Below the pieces are notes generated by a model that was not told the origin of the DNA, did not search any database, and worked only from the letters and a program-made list of their open reading frames with translations. Both the position numbers and the translations under genes were made by a program. This document shows positions 56,429 through 64,000 of a stretch of DNA of 64,000 bases, piece by piece. Origin of the DNA: a virus (Duplodnaviria; Caudoviricetes); the IMG/VR virus record IMGVR_UViG_3300031993_000012, positions 96,001 through 160,000 of that record; one strand, 5' to 3'. The number at the start of each line of letters is the position of its first letter. Position 1 is the first letter of the stretch.

Positions 56429-56752
56429 ATGAATGAAACATTATTAGCAGAACTTGTATCCGAGTTACATAATATCAATTTGAATCTGATTGAATTAAAG
56501 GATGCAATTATCGGAGGAAAGAATACTGCATCGGATAAACATGAACAAAAACATGAAGAACCAATTAATATTGATTTAGAAGGTTTATTCTCGAATACAT
56601 TATCATCATATTGTATTTGTGATGAATGTACTGAAAATAATGATGGATGTTGTTCCAAGAATATGCCATTGTATAATAAGTGTCAGGTATGTATGTATTA
56701 CATAAATGATGCTGTCTACAGACCTATACTCGAAGGAACAGAACAGATTTAA
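56429..56752 (+). CDS. hypothetical Cys-rich protein
   Basis: AAAGGAG RBS; CxCxxC...CC...CxxC. Confidence 0.65.
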   Translation: MNETLLAELVSELHNINLNLIELKDAIIGGKNTASDKHEQKHEEPINIDLEGLFSNTLSSYCICDECTENNDGCCSKNMPLYNKCQVCMYYINDAVYRPILEGTEQI

Positions 56753-56756
56753 ATAT

Positions 56757-56779
56757 ACACCCGGGTATATCCCGGGTGT
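56757..56779. terminator. bidirectional hairpin ACACCCGGG-TATAT-CCCGGGTGT
   Basis: between convergent gene and RT stop. Confidence 0.75.
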
Positions 56780-57864
56780 TATTTTCTTATTTTAAGTTTG
56801 TATGCAGTACCAACATCTTTGATACTGACTCTCCAATGTTTATATACAGGAAATACATACTTTCGTTGGAGATTATATCCATTTGAGTGATATGCGAATC
56901 CTCTCAATGAACCAATGCAACACCGACGATGCAATGTCATCATTTTTCCGTTATAGGCAATACATTTAATCTTTAAATTATTTTTTATTCTCTTCCGTAA
57001 TAATACACGATCTGGAAACAAATTATATCCAACAAAATCTAATCCTTCTTCCAATGTCCTAATCAGATAATTCGGTTTAACAACCAATCCTTCATCTAGT
57101 AGTATACTGATAACAAGATCAGCTAATAATCTCAACTCCCCAGTATTGTCTCCAAACAATACCATGTCATCCATATATCTGTAATAATGTTTGATGCGAT
57201 ATCGTTCTTTCATCAGATGATCGAATTCTGTCAAATACAGATTACCACTGAATTGTGATAGATAGTTACCAATGGGAACTCCTTCGTTAGGTTCAACTGA
57301 ATCTATGACGTTAAATATCAATCCAAGTAAATCAGGATCTTTGAATAATTTATAATATTTCTCCTTCAATCGTTCATGGTCAATTGATGGATAGAATTTA
57401 CGAATATCCATTTTAAGATAATACCTCATGTCGGGTAATCCACGTTTGTAATAGTAGTATGTAGCAGCATGGATACGTTTCATACATGCAAGCGGACCTT
57501 TTCCTTTGATAGAAGAATATGTATCATATATGAAGTGACGTTCCATAATAGGACCAATGATTTGTAGGATTGCCCATTGTACTATTCGATCTGGATAGTA
57601 CGGGAGCTTGTATATCTTCCGGAGTTTCTCACCTTCCTCACGTTCAAATACGTCGTATTGAGATGTCTGGAATGTGCGATTGAGTAATGATTCTTGGATT
57701 TGTTTCAGATAATAGTCTGGATTGGAATTAACCATCTTGACTTCCTTATAGAATGCTTTTCCACGAGATGCATTATAATGTGCAAGTCGTAAATTATCCA
57801 TATCACAAATAGCATCAAAAAGTGTCACCCCGGGATCACCCGGGTAGTAACGATATCTAATCAT
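56779..57864 (-). CDS. DGR reverse transcriptase
   Basis: YPDRIVQWA, KMDIRKFYPSI, GVPIGNYLSQ (DGR-type SQ), YRYMDD, DFVGY; adjacent TR. Confidence 0.95.
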   Translation of the reverse strand: MIRYRYYPGDPGVTLFDAICDMDNLRLAHYNASRGKAFYKEVKMVNSNPDYYLKQIQESLLNRTFQTSQYDVFEREEGEKLRKIYKLPYYPDRIVQWAILQIIGPIMERHFIYDTYSSIKGKGPLACMKRIHAATYYYYKRGLPDMRYYLKMDIRKFYPSIDHERLKEKYYKLFKDPDLLGLIFNVIDSVEPNEGVPIGNYLSQFSGNLYLTEFDHLMKERYRIKHYYRYMDDMVLFGDNTGELRLLADLVISILLDEGLVVKPNYLIRTLEEGLDFVGYNLFPDRVLLRKRIKNNLKIKCIAYNGKMMTLHRRCCIGSLRGFAYHSNGYNLQRKYVFPVYKHWRVSIKDVGTAYKLKIRK

Positions 57865-58008
57865 ATTTATTCTCCTTTATATTGTTTTTGCTTATGTGAA
57901 TAACAGAGTCTTCGAAAACCTACCAACACCGTTTGTTCGTGCCATTTGTTCGTCGTATAGACTGGTACATGTTAGGTATAGCTGTTTGCCATGTATGATA
58001 ACATGACG

Positions 58009-58122
58009 ACATAAGTACGTGTGCCGATATTACGATTCCGATTCGAGGTAGCATTATTCACATTCCAATAGAAAACACTGGCATTCGACGAATTATTCCA
58101 ATTACTGCCCAAATGAGCTGTT
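58009..58122 (-). repeat. DGR template repeat (TR)
   Basis: aligns to 58379-58491; rich in AAT codons (TAHLGSNWNNSSNASVFYWNVNNATSNRNRNIGTR). Confidence 0.95.
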
Positions 58123-58227
58123 AATCTATTTTCGATAAGACTACTAGCGGACTAAATATCAACCTAATATACCATGCGTAAAATCGTCAATCTGTAAAGA
58201 TCATGGGGATACGCTCTTATCTCAGTT

Positions 58228-58243
58228 CGATTAAATGTATGTT
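58228..58243 (-). promoter_or_regulatory. putative late-type promoter AACA-N6-TAATC upstream of TR
   Basis: matches the motif at four other late units. Confidence 0.45.
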
Positions 58244-58254
58244 ATAAATTTGGT

Positions 58255-58327
58255 GAACCCCAAAGAACATGAAGTCCTTTGGGGTTCGTGTAAAATCGAA
58301 TCCGTATATCGTGGATTCGATTTTACA
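58255..58327. other. two tandem hairpins downstream of VR
   Basis: GAACCCCAAAG/CTTTGGGGTTC (11 bp) and TGTAAAATCGAATCC/GGATTCGATTTTACA (15 bp). Confidence 0.75.
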
Positions 58328-58364
58328 ATTATTATTTATAAATATACACCGAGACTTATTAAAT

Positions 58365-61300
58365 TCACGAAGGAATATACATAAGCCGCGCGCCGAGAAC
58401 ACGACTCCGAGCCGAGGCAGCACCATACACATACCAATAGAAAACACCGGCACGCGACGAATCATTCCAACAACCGCCCAAACGAGCCGCCCTATAACCA
58501 TTAAGATTAGCCGTTTTATAGAAGTAATCGCCAACTGTCGTAGAAGCCGAAGCACCACCGCTACCAGCAGTTGATGGCATGAATACCCAGTCATATTTAT
58601 CATTACCCCAACCGAAGTATTTAACATAACCATCTGTATTAGCAACAGTAAATCCGGCTGATTCATAGTTAGATGTATTGGTATCAGAGAAGTTCATATC
58701 TGTACATACATATGGAACACCACCACGTTGTGAACCATTGCCATATATGTTAATTCCATCAACCCATTTCCATATGTTACCCCACATATTTTCAATACCA
58801 CGATAGTTAGCAGATGTGGTTGTTGAAGATGTGTACGTTGTTTCTGTTCCACCTATTTCATTAATAGTAGAAGCAGCACGACCCGTTGTATTTCCAACCG
58901 TACTACCAACATATGATGCACAGTTATACGACGAGTTATCAGTAATACCAACTACACCGTTAGCGATAGCAACCTGTGAGTTACAACCATATTCAACAGT
59001 AATCAACATCTGAATTGCCGATGCGAGTTTGAATGTAAGAGCATACCATCCAGCTCCACGGTTCTTCGCAATCTTCATGGCATTCGGACGTGTGAGTTGT
59101 TGTGTTAAACCAGATGCAGGTTTAACATGAACTGTTGTACCACTGTTATCAACATAACCAATTGATGCTAACAAATCTCCTGTGGATGCAGTAAAGTCAA
59201 CAGTTTGTGCATCGGTTGTATTATATGCTGATGCAGATGTATCGTATGTTGAACCTTCGAATGCAGAACAAAGAACATAGTTAACCTCATCACCGTTAGC
59301 ATTAATAAATGCAGGATGGAGTTTGTAACCGTCGAGTTGTATATCAGAGATGCTGTAGGTTGCTTCGTGGATGTCGTAACCATAATCAGGATTATTAGAA
59401 TCAACAAGTTGTTTATCGGTAATATTGACTTTGTAATAGAACTTCGGAATGTATACCATTACCTGTCCATTAGAACCATCTTCTGTATATGATGTATCTC
59501 CGTAGTATGCGGTGATTGTACCATCGTCTGATACATTGCAACGACCCATCATATTATATGCACGAAGATTCAATACTGATCCTGTTGTGGATGTTGTGTC
59601 GTTTTCATAATTGATTGTACGTGATGCTGAAATAGATGGATAGTCGTAAACGAAATGTGTTGTGTTAGGTGCACCCCATGGATATCCAGTTACTTCATTC
59701 TCCGACCATGGAACATATACAGTTTCGAGGCTGGTTGCAGAAGTGAAGAGGTTTTGTGAGAGTGAAGTTGGAGTTGATTTAAACTCAATGGATTTTATAT
59801 TCGATGAAAGGTACATCCATGTTAGTGAGTCATCAGGTTTGTTATTGATAATTATGTCAGTTGGCTGGTGATTATTATTATAACGAATTACTTCGACAAA
59901 TGGTGGAGTTGGTGCAGGTGGTACATTTACGACTATACTATTATAAAGAGTTGTATCATATGTATCATTTTCAGTAATCTCTGTTGGATATGCAGTTTGT
60001 GGAACCAATGCACCAGAGTTAACAACTTTACCCTCATCTGATGATGAATATGTATTTGGAACGTTTACGGTTATTTCATCATAACCAATGGTATTAAGAT
60101 CGTTGTATGTAATCGAAGTTAAAGATGGTTTAACGGTTGTATTGACATTGAATGTGTTATGACCAACAGTAGTCGGAATCTGAACTTGTGCCTGAACACT
60201 TGAGAGTGTGTCTGCATAATCACCGATACGCATCAATGGTTCGTTGACTATGCCAGTTGTGGGTTCTGCCAATACGTACCAAACTGTGACGGGTGTTCCT
60301 GCAGCGTATTGCTGTTGGAGATATGTTTTGAAGTCATCAACTGTACTTATTAAATCGGGACGGATTCTGAATTGCGAATTTCCACTCATCGCGATTCCAA
60401 TATCTTCTGTTGTACTTGAAATATTGGCGTTAACATATCTATCGCTTATAATTGTCGCCCAGCTTCTTGCATCATCGATGCTTAGATAGAAAAATCGTGT
60501 ATTTCCACTACCTGATGTCTGTAACGCTTCTGTTCCTGTGAACTCATACTTCTTAATCTTCCTCGTGGATTGAACATTACCGAGATAAATATTATTAACA
60601 TCAGTATTATCTGATATTGAAAGTTTGTATCCATACGGCTCATAGGGTAAGGCTGTACTGCCTACATTAACCATAACCCAAAAACCATTTGAAATTATTT
60701 GTGATTCACTCTTTTTGTCTGCTCCTGCTCTAATTGCAAAATCGATTTGTGTCGTTCCCTCAGGTGCTGTAAACGTTGACCCGGTATAATCCGTATCACT
60801 TAAAGATGAGATATATGTGTCACCGTTCCAAAAATATACACTCATTGACGGATTTTCGATTGACATTGAGCTGATTGTAAATTCAGTCCCTGCCGATATT
60901 GGTATTTTTGGAGATAACCATTCACCGTTTGTATTGGTCGACGTCCATTGACCATTATACGCAAAACGATAACCCACCAACCAACCGTTTACTGCTCTAA
61001 TAGATTGACATAAATTTCCCGTCTTGTCACCGGTACCATTTACAGCAACTGGACTACTCGGAGTAGGAGTTCCATTCTGTACAGTCTGTCCAGTGATAGA
61101 ATACGATATTAATGGATCACCAATTGATTCGAATTCAATTGGTAAAGTATCGGATGTGATAGTTTTGTTTACTCCAAGCTTATAATATGATATTGATGTT
61201 GATGATGGTTTAACAGTTAAATCATAATCAATAAGATTATTACCGGTTACAGTTGGAAGGGTAATATCAGAATTCGTTAATGTTAACTGGTCGGAGTAAT

Positions 61301-62420
61301 CACCAATCTTCATGAGTGGTTCATTGAGCGTGGTTGTTTGTGGTGTTGCTAATACATAATACACGGTAACGGGTGTTCCCGCAGTGTATTGCTGTTGCAA
61401 GTAAGATTTAAAAGCATCAACCGTTGAGTATGAGCTATCGCGTATATATAGAATCATGCTAGTTCCTGATCCAGCATAAAAAGTTGACGATTTATCAGCA
61501 ACATAACTCCAGAGACTAACATTCGCCTGAGATCTGTAGTGCGTCGAAATAGTTGTTTTAATTGTCTGTCTCAGATAATCACTTACAGCAATATTAAACA
61601 AGTTAGCATCTAAATGCCCTGATGTGATATCTTCCTGTCCTGTCAGCACCAACTTCTTAATTTTTCTTGTAGTTTGATAATTACCGAAGTAAGCATTGAT
61701 ATCATTACCACCATTGATAGATGTAGGTAAATAATAACCGTATGGTTCATATGGTAACGGTGATGATCCTTCATTAAGTATCGTGTCATAATCTTCGGGG
61801 TGTGATCCATTAAGATTACGATACGCAATAGTTATGTAACCTTCATCAGATGTTACTGTTCGAGGAATATTATCTGATACACCATTCGTGACAGTCGATG
61901 CTCCTGATGAAACATTACCCGGTAATATAAACAATGGAGCGCCTGAAGACGTAATCGGTGCATTTGTAGATAATGTAAAATCACCAGATCCAACATATAT
62001 GCCGATATATGTGAGATTAGTGCTTATACCAGCATATTCTTCATTCCACAAATTATTACTCTTGATACCAACACCAATCACATCGACCGGCGCCGTGGGC
62101 GTCGGTGTCCCATCCTGTACCGCATTACCATCAACCGTCATTGATACAATTGGTGAACCGTTTGCATCAATTTCAATTGGATATTCATTTCCAGTAACAG
62201 TATCCAATGTTCCATTTCTATAAGTACCATTTTCATTGATACTTATTGAAGTTAAATCCTTTTTGATTGTTGCTATATCTTCCGGATAGTCACTGAATTT
62301 ATCTCCGTCATTAACAGTACCACCCTTTGCGATAATAGCGTCTTTAATAGCATCACGAGCAACAATCAGATTTTCAGTTTTCTGTTGTAACTCCGCAATG
62401 TTTTCATTTATTGTTGGCAT
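58365..62420 (-). CDS. DGR target: tail fibre/receptor-binding protein with C-terminal C-type-lectin-like domain
   Basis: GGAGGTG RBS at MPTINE; two long internal repeats (GTPTP...PYEPYGY...YLQQQY.AGTPVTV.YVLA.P); GIENMWGNIWKWVDG and GGCW...GARL typical of DGR CLec folds. Confidence 0.85.
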   Translation of the reverse strand: MPTINENIAELQQKTENLIVARDAIKDAIIAKGGTVNDGDKFSDYPEDIATIKKDLTSISINENGTYRNGTLDTVTGNEYPIEIDANGSPIVSMTVDGNAVQDGTPTPTAPVDVIGVGIKSNNLWNEEYAGISTNLTYIGIYVGSGDFTLSTNAPITSSGAPLFILPGNVSSGASTVTNGVSDNIPRTVTSDEGYITIAYRNLNGSHPEDYDTILNEGSSPLPYEPYGYYLPTSINGGNDINAYFGNYQTTRKIKKLVLTGQEDITSGHLDANLFNIAVSDYLRQTIKTTISTHYRSQANVSLWSYVADKSSTFYAGSGTSMILYIRDSSYSTVDAFKSYLQQQYTAGTPVTVYYVLATPQTTTLNEPLMKIGDYSDQLTLTNSDITLPTVTGNNLIDYDLTVKPSSTSISYYKLGVNKTITSDTLPIEFESIGDPLISYSITGQTVQNGTPTPSSPVAVNGTGDKTGNLCQSIRAVNGWLVGYRFAYNGQWTSTNTNGEWLSPKIPISAGTEFTISSMSIENPSMSVYFWNGDTYISSLSDTDYTGSTFTAPEGTTQIDFAIRAGADKKSESQIISNGFWVMVNVGSTALPYEPYGYKLSISDNTDVNNIYLGNVQSTRKIKKYEFTGTEALQTSGSGNTRFFYLSIDDARSWATIISDRYVNANISSTTEDIGIAMSGNSQFRIRPDLISTVDDFKTYLQQQYAAGTPVTVWYVLAEPTTGIVNEPLMRIGDYADTLSSVQAQVQIPTTVGHNTFNVNTTVKPSLTSITYNDLNTIGYDEITVNVPNTYSSSDEGKVVNSGALVPQTAYPTEITENDTYDTTLYNSIVVNVPPAPTPPFVEVIRYNNNHQPTDIIINNKPDDSLTWMYLSSNIKSIEFKSTPTSLSQNLFTSATSLETVYVPWSENEVTGYPWGAPNTTHFVYDYPSISASRTINYENDTTSTTGSVLNLRAYNMMGRCNVSDDGTITAYYGDTSYTEDGSNGQVMVYIPKFYYKVNITDKQLVDSNNPDYGYDIHEATYSISDIQLDGYKLHPAFINANGDEVNYVLCSAFEGSTYDTSASAYNTTDAQTVDFTASTGDLLASIGYVDNSGTTVHVKPASGLTQQLTRPNAMKIAKNRGAGWYALTFKLASAIQMLITVEYGCNSQVAIANGVVGITDNSSYNCASYVGSTVGNTTGRAASTINEIGGTETTYTSSTTTSANYRGIENMWGNIWKWVDGINIYGNGSQRGGVPYVCTDMNFSDTNTSNYESAGFTVANTDGYVKYFGWGNDKYDWVFMPSTAGSGGASASTTVGDYFYKTANLNGYRAARLGGCWNDSSRAGVFYWYVYGAASARSRVLGARLMYIPS
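58379..58491 (-). repeat. DGR variable repeat (VR) at the 3' end of the target gene
   Basis: 24 substitutions relative to TR in the aligned core, all at TR adenines. Confidence 0.95.
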
Positions 62421-62421
62421 A

Positions 62422-62628
62422 TTAAATAACACCTCCTAATGCAAGATTTATTTCAGTTAAATCGAGATTGATATCATCGATTACCTGATTGATGGATAAA
62501 ACATTTGCAGGTTGTTTTTCCAATCCATCAGTTGATTTTGCCGTACCTCCAACAGAAAGTACGGCATTACCAATATTGATTCTGGTTTGATTTACACGTT
62601 CTAATTTATCGGCGATTGTATTAGGCAT
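62422..62628 (-). CDS. small protein similar to the tail-fibre N-terminal segment
   Basis: GAGGTG RBS; RINIGNAVLSVGGT vs RDAIKDAIIAKGGT. Confidence 0.65.
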   Translation of the reverse strand: MPNTIADKLERVNQTRINIGNAVLSVGGTAKSTDGLEKQPANVLSINQVIDDINLDLTEINLALGGVI

Positions 62629-62646
62629 AATATCACCTCTCATTTA

Positions 62647-63999
62647 TTAATATTCAATGTATGTATATGACGATGGAGACGGATAATTGGTTTTTGTTGT
62701 GTATGCTGTCAATGTTCCTGATGGTACATAAATAATACAATCAGTTGGAACACCTGTCCATGCAGCACTGCTAGAGACAGTCGGTGGAGTTGTTGAAGTA
62801 AATTTGATCGATCCCAATCCATAACAATACTGGAAAGCATAACTACCAATACTAGTAACTCCATCAGGTATTGTAATAGATTGTAATGAAAAACAATACT
62901 GGAAAGCATTACTATCAATACTAGTAGCTCCATCAGGTATTGTTATTGATGTTAATGAAGTACAATTTTGGAAAGTGTATTGACCAATACTAGTAACTCC
63001 ATCAGGTATTGTAATAGATTGTAATGAATAACAACTATTGAAAGCATAATTACCAATACTAGTAACTGAGTTAGGTATTGTAATAGATTGTAATGAATAA
63101 CAATACTGGAAAGCATAACTACCAATACTAGTAACTCCATCAGGAATAGTAATAGATGATAATGAAAAACAATAATTGAAAGCACTCTGACCAATACTAG
63201 TAACTGTATCAGGAATAATGATTGAGGTTAATGATCTACAACTAGCAAAAGCATTACCACCAATACTAGTAACTCCATCAGGTATTGTTACAGATGTCAT
63301 TGAAGAACAATCACTGAAAGCACTACCACTAATACTAGTAACTCCATCAGGTATTGTAATAGATTGTAATGAATAACAACTATTGAAAGCATAATTACCA
63401 ATACTAGTAGCTCCATCAGGTATTGTTATTGATGTTAATGAAGTACAATTTTGGAAAGTGTATTGACCAATACTAGTAACTGAATCAGGTATTGTGATAG
63501 ATTGTAATGAATAACAACCTTGGAAAGCATAATTACCAATACTAGTAACTGAATCAGGTATTGTGATAGATTGTAATGAATAACAATACTGGAATGCTCT
63601 ACCACCAAAACTAACATTATTACCAATCTCAATACTAATCAATGAATTCTGATATACTCTATCATTATTCACATTTGGAGATGAGGATTTCCTAAGTATA
63701 TTAGAATAATAGCTACTATCACCATTCAATGTAATACTACCAGTTGTTACTGAAATGGATATAGTATACTCCCCTGCAGATGTATATTCATGAGGTGTAT
63801 ACACTGTAGAAGTATTTAATGTAACACTCTCAACTGTACTACCATCACCCCAGTCTATTGATACGGTAGTGCCACTACTATTACCAGTCAATCCCAGATA
63901 TGGTTTTAATCTTCCCTCTCCAAGTCTTATGTGTAATCTTGTACTACCATCATCGGTTACATACATCTGACCAATATCAAGTTTTCCATTATTGGTAAC
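62647..63999 (-). CDS. BspA-type leucine-rich-repeat protein, 5'-truncated by window edge
   Basis: 12 copies of the 23-aa AF..C.SL.SITIPD.VTSIG repeat; frame open to window end. Confidence 0.9.
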   Translation of the reverse strand, partial: VTNNGKLDIGQMYVTDDGSTRLHIRLGEGRLKPYLGLTGNSSGTTVSIDWGDGSTVESVTLNTSTVYTPHEYTSAGEYTISISVTTGSITLNGDSSYYSNILRKSSSPNVNNDRVYQNSLISIEIGNNVSFGGRAFQYCYSLQSITIPDSVTSIGNYAFQGCYSLQSITIPDSVTSIGQYTFQNCTSLTSITIPDGATSIGNYAFNSCYSLQSITIPDGVTSISGSAFSDCSSMTSVTIPDGVTSIGGNAFASCRSLTSIIIPDTVTSIGQSAFNYCFSLSSITIPDGVTSIGSYAFQYCYSLQSITIPNSVTSIGNYAFNSCYSLQSITIPDGVTSIGQYTFQNCTSLTSITIPDGATSIDSNAFQYCFSLQSITIPDGVTSIGSYAFQYCYGLGSIKFTSTTPPTVSSSAAWTGVPTDCIIYVPSGTLTAYTTKTNYPSPSSYTYIEY

Positions 64000-64000
64000 A

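Noticed and set aside
56779-57864. RT as group II intron or retron
   Set aside because: No maturase or endonuclease extension and no retron VTG motif; the adenine-specific TR/VR pair identifies a DGR
58217-58666. 149-aa ORF as DGR accessory protein
   Set aside because: Mostly an alternative frame of the target gene, runs through the hairpins, no evident RBS, no Avd-like character
62800-63600. CRISPR array
   Set aside because: The 69-bp periodicity is in-frame coding LRR sequence without unique spacers
1-64000. Stop-codon reassignment, tRNA or rRNA genes
   Set aside because: Core genes are intact under the standard code; no cloverleaf or rRNA signatures seen by eye

Overview
AT-rich segment of a jumbo bacteriophage genome resembling phiKZ/AR9, with no rRNA, tRNA or CRISPR seen. 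Hallmark genes: major capsid protein, T4 gp21-type prohead protease, two split RNA polymerase subunits (beta C-terminal and beta' C-terminal), the N-terminal half of a split family-B DNA polymerase, GyrA/ParC, an SF2 helicase with a class-3 intein, ThyX, dCMP deaminase, a DHH phosphoesterase, a holin-like protein and an M23 peptidase. Minus-strand blocks are mostly virion genes; plus-strand blocks are small accessory genes behind a recurrent TATAT(T/C)AT promoter-like motif. The host is inferred to be a Firmicute, probably a cellulosome-producing Ruminococcus or Clostridium, from dockerins, a BspA LRR protein, a SleB-like lipoprotein and strong GGAGG ribosome-binding sites. Most notable observations: (1) a family of about 200-nt fold-back RNA cassettes, each enclosing an 18-26 aa mini-ORF absent from the ORF track (2316-2518, 19336-19541, 48367-48580); (2) two adjacent phage-encoded dockerin proteins, one fused to an L,D-transpeptidase domain and one to an aromatic module also inserted in the major capsid protein, suggesting a system that docks onto host cellulosome cohesins; (3) a diversity-generating retroelement (RT, TR, VR in a tail-fibre gene; all 24 substitutions at TR adenines) with no visible accessory gene and its own late-type promoter; (4) an AAC(C/A)-N6-TAATC late-promoter motif. 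All family assignments come from motif recognition by eye; no database search or folding program was run.
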